Shown here: positions 32,971 to 45,976 of the stretch, piece by piece
Numbering within the stretch: the stretch's first letter is position 1
Layout: each line of letters opens with the position of its first letter
DNA from: Eledone cirrhosa
Lineage: Eukaryota
Assembly: GCA_964016885.1 (NCBI GenBank)
Contig: OZ024740.1
Span: 71,672,001 to 71,736,000, forward strand
Length of the DNA: 64,000 bases
Direction of reading: 5' to 3'
Notes under the pieces: generated by a model
Databases searched by the model: none
Seen by the model: the letters and a program-made list of their open reading frames with translations, nothing else
What the model was told of the DNA's origin: nothing
Position numbers and translations under genes: made by a program

Positions 32971-33537
32971 TTAAAGTAAGTATGTTTTGAAACAGTGAAC
33001 AGGTTTGAAATTAGAAAATATATAGCTTTCACCGTATTTTTGACTAAAGGAATTTTAGCATTGACGTACATGGGAGTCGAACCCACATCTTTGGTTATCG
33101 CGACCACTGTGCTACCATTACACCAACACATCACCCATCTCTTTCCATTCAAATTAGAAACTACATTCTTAGCGAGTCAATGCTCATCTTTTTCCATTTA
33201 TCTGAGGGTTCTAAACCCCATTATCAGGCTAAAATTCCTTTAGTCAAAAATACGGTGAAAGCTATATATTTTCTAATTTCAAACCTGCTCACTGTTTCAA
33301 AACATACTTACTTGCCATTTAAACTCGCTAAGAATGTAGTTTCTAATTTGAATGGAAAGAGATGGGTGATGTGTTGGTGTAATGGTAGCACAGTGGTCGC
33401 GATAACCAAAGATGTGGGTTCGACTCCCATGTACGTCAATGCTCATCTTTTTCCATTTATCTGAGGGTTCTAAACCCCATTATCAGGCTAAAATTCCTTT
33501 GGTCAAAAATGCGGTGAAAGCTATATATTTTCTAATA
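32971..33537. mobile_element. TA-inserted mini-element with inverted plus direct duplication and a tRNA-like domain
   Basis: ~259 bp period (33178 vs 33437); 32975-33177 consists of reverse-complement pieces of the unit. Confidence 0.7.
33368..33438 (+). other. tRNA-like cloverleaf with Pol III A/B boxes (not a canonical tRNA)
   Basis: A box TGGTGTAATGG, B box GTTCGACTC; acceptor, D and T stems pair; anticodon loop CGCGATA lacks U33; T5 run follows. Reverse copy at about 33062-33133. Confidence 0.7.
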
Positions 33538-33586
33538 TATATATATATATAAATTACATGAATCAAAGTTCTGTTTAAATCATTTA

Positions 33587-33637
33587 TTTGCTTACAATTG
33601 TTTCTTCCAAACCGAGGTTTGGAGTCTTCGGAGCAAT
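33587..33637 (-). ncRNA. Type I hammerhead ribozyme, CCGAAGA core variant
   Basis: ttgct CCGAAGA ctccaaacctcggtttggaa GAAAC aatt GTA agcaa. Confidence 0.75.
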
Positions 33638-34579
33638 TATTCAGTGATTTTATACATACTTGACCTCCTTTCCAACACAAGAGACATATAGAAACATATG
33701 TATATATTGACGCACAGTGGGTTGACTTCCATCATACATGGCAATTTACATACAAAGATTACAGTCATATTAAAGGACAAAATTAAAATTAAAATTAAAA
33801 TTAAAATTAAAATTAAATTTGAGACACCATTTAATGTACTTTAGGATAATAAATTTAGCTATAGAAATCAGCTAGTTACTTCCCCTTAATCACACACACA
33901 CTTCCGGAATATAATACGATGTCAACTCTCACAACAAAAACAACCTGCTCTATAGAATCGAATTAGAGAACGACAAGCTGTGATGTTCTAACATGGTTCA
34001 CCAGGCACCCAATGTTGAATCATCGTGGATTGTGTGAGGGACATGTAGTCTATAAATTGCGTTTCCTGGATTGCGAGAGTGGTGGTGTGTGCGAGGACAG
34101 TCGTGTTGTTTTGCTTCTCATTTGTAATATTTTTGATATTTTTGGTGTTTCTCTACACACGGGCTTCTATATCGTACATGTATGTGTGAAAAATGCTTTA
34201 CCAGTACAGCCCCCATGATGCTCTTGATTGCCCGCTTTGACTGCTTGCATTACATGTAACAATCTGCCGCACTGTAATCTTGTATAAATAGGACACGCGT
34301 GCATGCCTCACGTGTGACTGTTGCATACACTGGCTACTCCAAACTATCCTCTTGCTTTATCTTCGTAAACTGCCAATGTTTTATTTTTATTTTTATTTTT
34401 ATTTTAATTTTAATTTTAACTTTAATTTTGTCCTTTAATATGACTGTAATATTTGTATGTAAATTGCCATGCTATATTATTATGATGGAAGTCAACCCAC
34501 TGTGCGTCAATATATACATATGTTTCTATATGTCTCTTGTGTTGGAAAGGAGGTCAAGTATGTATAAAATCACTGAATA

Positions 34580-34630
34580 ATTGCTCCGAAGACTCCAAAC
34601 CTCGGTTAGGAAGAAACAATTGTAAGCAAA
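34580..34630 (+). ncRNA. Type I hammerhead ribozyme, CCGAAGA core variant
   Basis: ttgct CCGAAGA ctccaaacctcggttaggaa GAAAC aatt GTA agcaa. Confidence 0.75.
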
Positions 34631-34819
34631 TAAATGATTTAAACAGAACTTTGATTCATGTAATTTCTATATAACTGCTCTGTAAAACAACTGATGTTGT
34701 TACATTGAGCTATTTATCTTAAGATAGTAATAAATTACTGTCTTTCACTATTTAGGGTTTAAAATATATATAACTATAAAAGGTTTTAGTATATACATAA
34801 CCATAAATAGTATCCTTAA

Positions 34820-34866
<47 letters not shown>

Positions 34867-34869
<3 letters not shown>

Positions 34870-34941
34870 GGTGTCCCAAAAATGTATACACACTTCAACC
34901 TCATTCTAATAATTGTGTATACATTTCTTTGGGACACCCTG
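34867..34941. mobile_element. 75-bp Tc1/mariner-type MITE
   Basis: TA-CAGGGTGTCCCAAA...TTTGGGACACCCTG-TA within (TA)n. Confidence 0.88.
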
Positions 34942-34967
34942 TATATATATAAACACACACACATATA

Positions 34968-35285
34968 AATGAAGTCACTCCGTCGGTTACAACGACGAGT
35001 GTTCCAGTTGATAATATCAACGGAACAGCCCTCTCGGGAAATGAACGTGCAAGTGGCTGAACATTCCACAGACACGTGTACCCATTACATAGTTCTCAGG
35101 GAGATTCACTATGACACAGTATGTGACAAGGCTGGTCCTTCGAATTACAGGTACAACTCATTTTTGCCAGCTGAGTGGACTGTAGCAACGTGAAATGAAG
35201 TGTCTTGCTCAAGGACACAACGTGCCGCCAGGAATCGAACTCACAACCTTACCATTGTGAGCCAAATAGCCTAACTACGCGCTTT
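34968..35285 (-). mobile_element. tRNA-derived SINE (V/Nin-like body)
   Basis: B box GTTCGATTCC, gtgtccttgagcaagacactt, cacttgcacgtt; related head at 51255-51535. Confidence 0.75.
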
Positions 35286-35388
35286 CACACACATAAATAC
35301 ACATATAAACACACACACACAAACATATATATAAACACACACACACATATATATATATATAAAAACACACATATATATATATATGTAA

Positions 35389-35423
<35 letters not shown>

Positions 35424-35498
35424 AACACACACAGAAACATGTAGAAACATACAAACACGCACACATATATATAAACACTCACACACACACACACGATA

Positions 35499-36279
<781 letters not shown>

Positions 36280-36420
36280 ATTAGAATACTGGAGCGTGTT
36301 TGAGTCAAACACCCTCTTCGTATTATAGAAATGACAGTAAAAGGTATAGCTCAATGCAGTTAAACAGAGCCAAAAAATTAAGAGAGTAAAACAAAGAATC
36401 CTTTAATACATCAAAAGTTT

Positions 36421-36470
36421 TTATTAGCCGACAATGTTTCGTCCTATTAAGGACTCATCAGGGCAATCAA
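36421..36470 (-). ncRNA. Canonical type I hammerhead ribozyme
   Basis: ttgattgcc CTGATGA GTCC ttaata GGAC GAAAC att GTC ggctaataa. Confidence 0.93.
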
Positions 36471-36809
36471 AACAACAAGAGGTAATATCGGCAGATACAA
36501 GCCAGAAACTCTGAAGAATATGGAGTGTACATACACTAATGTCTTACAAAGATATACGATAATAAAAATGAAAATAAAAATAAAAATAATAAAAATATAT
36601 AATAAGAATAACTAAGGATGTAGATAACATTAAGAACCATATTACAAATATAGTCCAAAGCAACCAACCTAAATCTAAACAAATTTGGTTATATAGAGCA
36701 GGAATTATATATAACACAATATAATACATTATAATAATAATATACTTTTACCAACATTAAAATTCCAAATTAAAAATCAAAAGGTACAATATATACATGT
36801 ATATATGTG

Positions 36810-36889
<80 letters not shown>

Positions 36890-38390
36890 ACAACACACAT
36901 ATCTATGTTCGACTACACAGAAATTAAGCCCTATTAGAAGTTTGAATATTAAAAATAAGCATGGTAATAGTGAAAATAATACTAATACATCTACCCAATA
37001 TACATGAGGCAATAATATGATATAATTACAAGAAACACATATAACAACTAATAAACAACAAAATTATATAATTCAATATAATATAATAAAATAGAATAGA
37101 TAATCCCCGGTTAATTTACAGAAACAATATAGATGTCACAATGAAATACAATGATAAAATGTTAACAGTATATTAACATGTACCATAAACAATATATACA
37201 AATTGATTCATACTGGGTTACAGAATAAATGAGGAAATATAAATCATATAATACTGAAAAAAACTATAATGGTACAGGGAAAAATTATGATGTTACAGAA
37301 AAAAATATGATGTTACAGAAAAAAATATACAGACATCTAACATGATATGTAAAGTCTAAATATCATAATGTTACATATTATAATATTAAAAAAATCCAGA
37401 CATCTTACATGATATATAAAGTTTAAATATCATAATGTTACATATAATGAACAGTAAGTAATAATGATCTATATAACATACAATATAATATAATATATTT
37501 TAAAATTGGCATAAAATATATAAATACTTATAATTACAAGGTTAGTAGACAGACATATGTGGATGAGTGAGCGAAGCCAGACAGTGAATAGTAAATAGAA
37601 TATAGAATAAAACAAATAAATACAATCAACCGGAAATTACAAAACAAAAGCAAATGTATACACATTTAGGCCTCGCGTGCATTTAAGAAATTAGGTAAAC
37701 ACCAAGGAAAGCAATCATTTTAAATGACTCCAAACCCTATTTGATAAATTAATATTAAAAATATCGAACCTGTCCAATAAGGTAGTATAATATTAGCTGT
37801 AGTTTAAGTCATTAAAGTATATAAACTTTAATGTATCGTTACAAATGTTTGCAAAAAGGAATAAAATTATACTATCATATACGCAACGATATCTAAAAAA
37901 CTGACTTAAGTAGAGTTAAGGTAGGCTAATGGGGACAGAATTGACAAAATATATGGAGGGTGCGAAGTGGCATAAAATATATTCGATATACTATAATAAA
38001 TAATAGAACGGAGCATAAAAGAGGGGGGGGGTAAATATAATCATATTCAATCTGGAGGGGTTGACAATAAGTTTATGTGTGCATTGGGGGGGGGGGTTGT
38101 CGATAGATAAATTAGAATAGACTTAGAAATAAAAATAAAAATAGAATTAAAAATAAAAATAAAATTAAAATTAAAATTAAAGTTAATAATAAAAAAATAT
38201 AAAGATAATAATAGAATAACGTAAGTGGCGTAAAGTGTGTAATCTTATGTGTAATAGTGAAGACATAGATATGGTACAGTGGCCAAATGATTATGAGAGC
38301 TGGAAAGAAGAGTCATCAAAAACCAATGATAACATTAATGTTGGCAAACAAAAGAACCCAAACAAAAAACTAAGTAATGGAATATATCTG

Positions 38391-39720
38391 CTAATGGGTA
38401 CAATTTGTACTACTAGAACATTTGGGTTTATAATAAAAATAAGAATTAGAAATGGCATGGGGGCAAGAAGAGAATATCTCAGACTTTCTATTCAGTAAGG
38501 GTACGCTAGAGAAAATAATAGAGTGTGTCTCAAGTATACAGAGATTACAAAACTTACTATGTGCAGAAAGGTGGTTAGATCGTGCTACTAAACTCCAGTT
38601 AAGGCTATATGGTATATAAGCTCCCTTAAGATCCCAGATATAATGCGCTAGAGAGGTAGAATTCTTAAACCTAACATGTTTGAAGTTAGAGATATGAGAG
38701 TTAAACCTAGTCTTAAAAGTGTTTGAAGTAGATCCTATATACGTTCTTTTAGAGGAATTAGTTATAACCTCGCAAGCGTAGACAATGTTCTTAGAAAGGC
38801 AGTTACCGTTTAGAGGGCAGTTAGCGCTCACTCTACAATTGCACTTCCGGGTGTTACTGGTTGGCTCGAGTGGTGATGTATTACACGTAGGACCTCTATT
38901 AGATAAGGACTGTTCTGGTGGTAAAGCATTGTCCGATGCATTCAGACTAGTAGTATGTAGAGAGGAGAATCCATCCCTAATTTTCCTATTATTAGTGCTA
39001 GCTAAATGAGAACTAATATTAGGGGTGGTAGAGAATGAGAGTTTAATAACATTTTTATTAAAAATACCATGGTATTTGTGAGAAGGGGGGAAATTTTTCT
39101 CTAAGATAGTGAAGAAAGACCTAGGGATATTAGTTGATACATCCTGATTATATGGCGGGTTGAAATAAGTATTTAATCGCCTTCTATTTTTATTTTTATT
39201 CTTACCGACCCTACCTCTATCAAATGTCCCACCGCCGAGACTAGGGTTACTATCGGGAATAGTTGAAGCCACATTCATAGAATCAGCCATAATTTCGTTA
39301 TGCCTATTATAGTTTCTACCTCCAGTAGATCCGCTGTTGTCCGGAATCCCTACAAGAGGATTAAGGCCAATGATAGGATCAGTAGGAGCAACATTACTAG
39401 AATAAGATCCAGCCAAACCAACACCAATGCGTGAGCGCACAGGGGGCTCAACATGTCTCCTAGAGGTATTATATTTGCTATTACGAGTCTGGTGGGATAA
39501 CTTATGGGTGGGTTCAGATACTCCTATATAAGTTCTACGGTTACTATGTTTGCTACTCCCATTCATGGCCATGTTATGTGATATAATGTTATTATTATTA
39601 AGAGTAAGCGGAGACTTTCTAAAGTTACTATTATTATAATTTATTTTACTAGAGTGACCTGAATTTGCTAGGGCATTATTGTAGTACTCCGCATGTTCAT
39701 TAAAAGTTCCTATGTCCTTA
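38391..39720 (-). pseudogene. C-terminal part of a PLE ORF: RT thumb end, low-complexity insert, CxCx5Cx5C finger, GIY-YIG endonuclease
   Basis: YYNNALANSGH, YFNPPYNQDVSTNI, CNCRVSANCPLNGNC, IVY...YIGSTSNTFKTRFNSH, CNLCILE; uninterrupted frame. Confidence 0.9.
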
Positions 39721-39734
39721 GATATATATATATA

Positions 39735-41287
39735 TAAAGAAGAAATTAAAAGATGGTTAAAACTTAGTAACTTCTGTCTCGATAAGAACCTAGTATACGA
39801 ATCTAAAGTGGTAACTAGTACCAATACCTATATTGGCTCTACTTCTACTTTTTTTAAAGCAAGACTTTATAATCATTCTTCTACATTTAAATATCCACTT
39901 AAAAGGACCAACACCACACTCTCAGAACTTATTTGGTCCTTAAAAGACAATAACATTAATTACGAAATTTCTTGGCGTAAAATTTGCAACGCTTTTCCTT
40001 ACTCCAATGCTTCCATATCTAGGGTTTGTAATTTATGTCTAGCTGAAAAATTTATCATTATCCCTAATTTCAACTCTTTAATAAATAGACGTACAGACTT
40101 ATTTGCTATTTGTAATCATAAATCTTTTAAGACCTTCCACAAAGTATACAGCTAATGTCCTATAACTTATTCCACGAATAACGGTTAATTTTTTTTATAC
40201 ACTTATATCTTTTCATACATTTTTTTCTCACACATTTCATTATATTCTACAATGTATTAATTCTCTTTTCTCTACATTTTAAAGCCTTTCACCTTATTCC
40301 TCTATCACCTTAAATTTTTCGTTCAAACCTTCGTAGATTTTGTAAACAAACTATGACGTCTCTCTACGTTTATAAACCTTTCTAGCAATTTCCTTTATTT
40401 ACTTGTTGATATAAAATAATTATTAAATAGTATACCCCACATATATAAATTTTTAATAGTAATTTTTAATTTTGACATAGATAGACTATTATTATTTTAT
40501 TTTATTTTATTTTATTTTATTTTATTTAAAAACCCTTTTTTATAATTATTATAATTATTTTAAATTTAATTTTATCTTATTTTATTTTATTAATACATTT
40601 TTACACTTCTTAATCCAATTTTTAGTATTCAAACTCAATATAAAATAATTGTTTCTACTTTTGGCAAAAGGCCAGCAATTATCCTAGTGCATTACTGGTT
40701 CTTTATTTTATCGACCCCATAAGGATGAAAAGCAAAGTTAACCTCGGCAGGATTTGAACTCACTCAATATAAAATAATATACCCAGTTTCTATATTCTAG
40801 ACCTATAATATTTGTAATATTAGCATATACACTTCATCAATTTATTTATTTATTTTTTTAGCCGTTATTTACAGCTGTTTTCGTTTTTTTGACAGCGTTC
40901 CCGATCAAAACACACACACACACTCTCTCTCTTTCTCTCTCCTCCTTCTTTCTTTCTTTTTCCTCTCTTCTATTTCTTTTTCCTTCTTTCCTTTTCTTCA
41001 TTTTTCCTATTTTTTCTCTTCTCTTATATTTTTGTCATATGTAGAATGGACACTTTCTTGTTGACAAGTGTTTTTAGGCCTTATATCATGTTACCTTATG
41101 TTATCTGATGAGAACACAATTTTTGTCCCAGGATGATGTTGTTTTCGAAATGCGCATAATAAAATATATGGAACTTTTTTAACCATCTTTTAATTTCTTC
41201 TTTATATATACTCCAGTTCTACCAAATGTTGAGTGCTACTTATCTGATATATGCATAGTTTTATTGTTCTACAATATTACTCACCTC

Positions 41288-41290
<3 letters not shown>
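39735..41290 (+). mobile_element. 5'-truncated Penelope-like element of a different family, head-to-head with the previous one
   Basis: GIY-YIG fragment LVYESKV...YIGSTSTFFKARLYNH...CNLCLAEK to 40155; hammerhead at 41098. Confidence 0.87.
41098..41165 (+). ncRNA. Type I hammerhead ribozyme
   Basis: atgttat CTGATGA gaacac...gttgttttc GAAA tgcgc ATA ataaaat; palindromic stem III (ATGCGCAT). Confidence 0.75.
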
Positions 41291-41367
<77 letters not shown>

Positions 41368-41443
41368 CGAAGGAAATGTTGTAAGGAACCAGGTGGACCA
41401 TAACGCACCAAAGTACTCAATACTTAGGGTAGTAGAGTGGGTA

Positions 41444-41557
41444 ATAGGAACGAGTAGGACCCCGACGGCTGAGCTCAAGCCGTTTCGACGGCTAATTCTC
41501 ATGAATTAGCCGTCGAAACGGCTTGAGCTCAGCCGTCGGGGTCCTACTCGTTCCTAT
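41444..41557. repeat. Perfect 55-bp inverted repeat with 4-nt loop, containing a hammerhead 3' half
   Basis: Arms 41444-41498 and 41503-41557. Confidence 0.93.
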
Positions 41558-41599
41558 ATATATATATATATATATAAACACACACTCATATACACAGCC

Positions 41600-43280
41600 A
41601 CTTGTGAAACCCGACATTAAAACATTGTTCTTCTCTCCTACAATTATGTTGTCACTCTCTCTCAAAATATTACCCCTCTCTCACTAAAACATTATACCTT
41701 TCTCACCTCTTTACATGCCGCTACATGCCTCACTCTCTCACTAGACCAACACTCTCCCTCTCACACAAAACCATCAAAATCTCTCCCCCTCTTTATATCT
41801 GACTACATACCTCACTCTCTATCATTCTCACAATTACCCTCTCTTACTAAACCAACATTTTCTCTCTCTCTTTATATATCCCACTAGATACCTCACTCTA
41901 TTATTCTCACAATTCACTCTCTTTCACTAAACCACCAAACTCTCTGCCACCCTCTATATACCACTACATACTTCGATCTCTCACAATTCCCCTCTCACAC
42001 TAGATTACCAAATTCTCTTCCCTCTCTATATACCAGTACATAACTCACTTTCTATCACTCTCGCAATTCCCCCTCTCTCATTAGCCCTCCAAACTCTCTT
42101 CCCTTCACTATATCTCATTTCATGCTTCCCTCTCTATTGCTTTCACAATTAAACCTCTCTCACTATACCACCAAATTCTCTCCCTCTCTCTATATCTATC
42201 TACATACCTCACTCTCTCTCTCACAATTCCCCCTCTCTCATTAGAACATAAAATTCTCTCCCCCTCTCTATATTCCACTACATAACTCACTCTCTTCCAC
42301 GCACGTAATTCCTCCCTCTCTCCTTAAACCAACAAATTCTCTCCCACTCTCTATATTCCACTACATAACTCACTGTCTTCCACACACTTAATTCCACCCT
42401 CTCTCTCTCTAAACCAACAACTTCTCTCCCGCTCTCTGTATCCCACTACATACCTCACTCTCTCACAATTCCCCCTCATTCACTAGACCACCAATCGATC
42501 TCCTCCTCTCTATATACCACTACGTACCTCACTCTTTCACTCCCTTAATTTCCCCTCTCTCATTAAACCAACAAATTATCTTTCACTCTCTCTCTCTATC
42601 CTACTACATACCTCATTCTCTCTCTCACTAGACCACCAAATTCTCCCCCCCCCTATATTCCACTAAGTAACTCACTCTATTTCACTCTCTTAATTCCCTC
42701 ACTTTCACTAAACCAACAAATACTCTCCCGCTCTCTATAACCCACTACATACCTCACACTCTCTCTCAATTCACCCTCACTCACTGAACTACCATATTCT
42801 CTCCCCCTCTCTATATTTCACTACATACCTCACTCTCTTTCACTTTCTTAATTCCCCCTCTCTCACTAGACCAACAAATTCTCTCCCCCTCTCTATATTC
42901 CAATACATACCTCATTGTCTCTCACTTTCACAATACCCTCTCTCTCACTAAACCAACACTTTCTCTCCCGCTCTCTAAATCCCACTACATACCTCACTCA
43001 CTCTCCCAATTCCCTCTTTCATTAGATCACTAATTTCTCTCCCTCTCACTCTATACTACTATCTCACAATTCCCCCTCTCTCGTTAGACCACCAATCAAT
43101 TTTCCCCTTTCTCTATACCACTACATACCTCACTCTCTTAACTTCCCCTCTCTCATTAAACCAACAAACTCTCTCCCTCTCTCTCTGTCCTACTGCATAT
43201 CTCATATTCTCTCTCGCTTTCATAATTCCCTCTCTCTATATTCAACTCCATACTCTACTCTCACTAAACCAACAAATTCA
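41600..43280. repeat. Degenerate C/T-rich minisatellite (~65-75 bp units)
   Basis: Recurrent cactacatacctcactctct..cacaattccccctctctcacta(g/a)accaccaaattctctcc. Confidence 0.88.
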
Positions 43281-43545
43281 CAGTTGTATAAATGACATTA
43301 CAAATTGTTTATAATTTTTACAAAATGAAAATATAAACAAATATAATACGTACAATTAATTATTGCTATGAAACTCACAAATATAATGCACAAAAATATA
43401 TAATCATAGCAAGGGGAAAAAAACAACCATCAATTCACCCCCAAATGCGATAATCGGTCGCACACCACAAGGATCAACGGAAATACGCTCGCAGCGTTAC
43501 CGTGAGTGATGGCGAAGCTAAGGCTCTGAAACAACCAGACACGAA
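43262..43545 (-). mobile_element. 3' end of a CRE-like non-LTR retrotransposon
   Basis: WLFQSLSFAITHGNAASV plus a 3' UTR shared with the copies at 50981 and 59350. Confidence 0.75.
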
Positions 43546-44099
43546 GCGGAGTTTTGGTTGTTGAGGAAGAGGATGATAAACAAGACAAATACCAATAATT
43601 CTTGTTGATATATAACTTTACTTCACTTCAGCAAAAAGGGAAAAAATATGATTATTTCTTATCGTAAATATAAAGTTTGTTGTAGTATCCACAAATGAAT
43701 ATAGTATTCAAAAGGGCTTCTGTGGTGTGCTGGAGTCTCTGTGTTTAATGTCATGTTCGATTAAAAAGTGACAAGTTGTAGTCAGACAGTATGTGCCAGC
43801 ATAGATAGTAGTAAACTCGCAGTGGTAAGGAAGCTGTCTTGTCTAAGAAAAGTGGCAGGTGACTGAATGTGGTTGAAGTGCCAATGGAAGAATTGTTGTC
43901 AGGCCCATCTCGCTAGTTGCTTGAGCAACTCGAAGTGATCCTTCTCATCCGAGGAACCAGAGTGGAATGACCCAAAGAAAAACTTATCTCATTTAACCTC
44001 AAGTTGGTCAGCCTTTCCAGACAACTGACACCAACTCGAGGTAAATAGAAATAGTATCCAGATATCATTCGGGGGTCAGTATGTGCGAAGAGATTTGGC

Positions 44100-44962
44100 T
44101 ACACCCTCACGTGAATCATTTGACACATCGGTAAGGAAAGTCGCTAACGATGACGAGATCTTCGCTGTAAGTGACCCAGCTCCCCAAACGTCTCGAACGC
44201 CACAGGTTTGAAAAAATAGTTATTTGATAGTTCCCGGTATTTTAGGTTTTATTCCGTTCGTCAATGGAAGCAGTGACCCACACATATACCGCGACATCCA
44301 AGATGTGAGAGGGAGCAAAACAGTCACTGGCTGTGACGTCCTAGATGAGGCATCTGTTTTTTACCGAGTAAGACCATCTGGGCTCTTCCAATCAATTCTG
44401 GATAGACCAACCGACTCCAGAACTGAGAGGATATTTACCCGAACAAAGGCTAGCTTAATGATCAAGTTTAGTTCGGTGTAGAAGCAAGACAAACCAGAGA
44501 GGCCTACCACATCTCAAACCCCAACAGACATTGGCTCCCAATCGGAGTGCAATGAAAATGCGGTGCTCGTCCAGACTGAGAAGGCCACTAATGTTGGCCA
44601 CAGGCCGGGCATCAATCCAATCCCTCAAGAATTTGGTGCTTGCAGGAAGTAAGCGACACCTTGAAAATTGATTAGATTGATCAAAGAGAGAATTGAAGGT
44701 GTCGCTCGAACGCAGATTGTCCCATACTCTCTGCTTCCGTCTATCCTTGTCAGCATCAGGACCTGACAAACCCAGCTCTCTCCACAGTAGTAAAGCTTCA
44801 TCCATCTCTTTGGTGGAACTTGTCCATGCTGGAAAGGAGAAGATGTCACTTACTAAAGGGTGGAGGCAAGCGTGGATGGAGGGACGTGAGGGTGTCTGGT
44901 TGTTTCAGCGCATTAGGCTTGCCATCACCCGCGGTAATGCTGTGAGCGTGTTGGCTTGCTTC
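44100..44962. mobile_element. CRE-like element with inverted 5' segment; continues at 50981-51250 after the gypsy insertion
   Basis: Minus-strand ORF pieces (HRIFIALRLGA, RPDGLT, FETFG), then plus-strand WLFQRIRLAITRGNAVSVLACF. Confidence 0.8.
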
Positions 44963-45976
44963 TGTAGAAAGAGTTGCCTCCCTTGTCATGACAATCTCAT
45001 CACCGCTCTCTAGACAGGAAGTAGCAAGAGTTGCCTCCCTTGTCATGACAATCTCATCACCGCTCTCTAGACAGGAAGTAGCTGGAGTTGCTTCCCTTTG
45101 GGATTGACAGACTCCCTGTTGGTCACTTCCGGTCAATTCCTATAAAAGGAACAGGTTACCACGATATCTCCCTCTTGCCTCCTGATTCCTGAAGTGGTAA
45201 CACCTGCGACCTTAGCTTGTGATATGATTCCTTCTTGATGACCCTTCGCTACCAAGGACAATGCAACTTGCAGCCTGAGCCTAAGATGTCAATAACAGCT
45301 AGAAAAGATCTCTTCTTTTCTCTACCAACTTCAGCCTCGAGTTATGACCATCGGGTAACAAATCCTTAATATTTAATGCCTTTGACTTCCATGAAGTAAA
45401 AACTTTATTATAACACACACACCGGTATTTACTGTCTTTTTTATGTTATATGTACACCGATACTAATCTCCTAAAGTGGTGACCCCCGACGTGATTTAAA
45501 AAAAGAAGAAAAAAAACAATGGGAAATGGTATACGGTGTATATAATATAATATTAAAAAAAAAAGAGAGACAGAAGAAAAAGAGAAAAATATAATTTAAT
45601 ACAAAACGAATACCTACAATTATTGACATTATTGACACACAGACAAACAGCAATTGTATAAATGTTTTTGCTTTTTTTTTTTGTCTCCTTTTCTGCCCTT
45701 CTCTTCTCTGGCTAACAATTTTTTAGGATGACAAGTTGGAGTCTCTCTTCTCCATCAATAGTGTTTTTGGCGCGAAATAGTCCGCCATGTTGGATTTTTT
45801 TTTTTTTAGGTTCCTTGCCCTTACCTTAGTATAACAGCATTCACTTAATCGCTTGTTTGCATATTGTCCCGGATGCATTATTTTTCCGGTCCAGTGGTCT
45901 GACGGAAAAATTTTGTTTTCCTTTTCTGTTACGTTAGAGACATTTTTCCAAACGGTAGATTGCCTGCGGATTACCA

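Larger units (their letters stand above)
33551..34822 (+). mobile_element. 3' non-coding end of a Penelope-like element with an inverted partial pseudo-LTR
   Basis: 33551-33818 is the reverse complement of about 34385-34665; homologous to 30061-30950; flanked by (TA)n. Confidence 0.8.
36277..39720 (-). mobile_element. 5'-truncated Penelope-like element (Naiad-type)
   Basis: C-terminal ORF, ~2 kb AT-rich 3' region and terminal hammerhead; TA tracts at both ends. Confidence 0.9.

Noticed and set aside
33368-33438. Functional tRNA-Ser(CGA)
   Set aside because: No long variable arm, G at position 33, several G-U acceptor pairs, and embedded in a repeat.
38391-40155. Selenoprotein-type Naiad (UGA at Cys positions) or a fused bidirectional gene
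   Set aside because: The Cys motifs use ordinary Cys codons; the apparent overlap comes from two truncated elements meeting at a TA tract.
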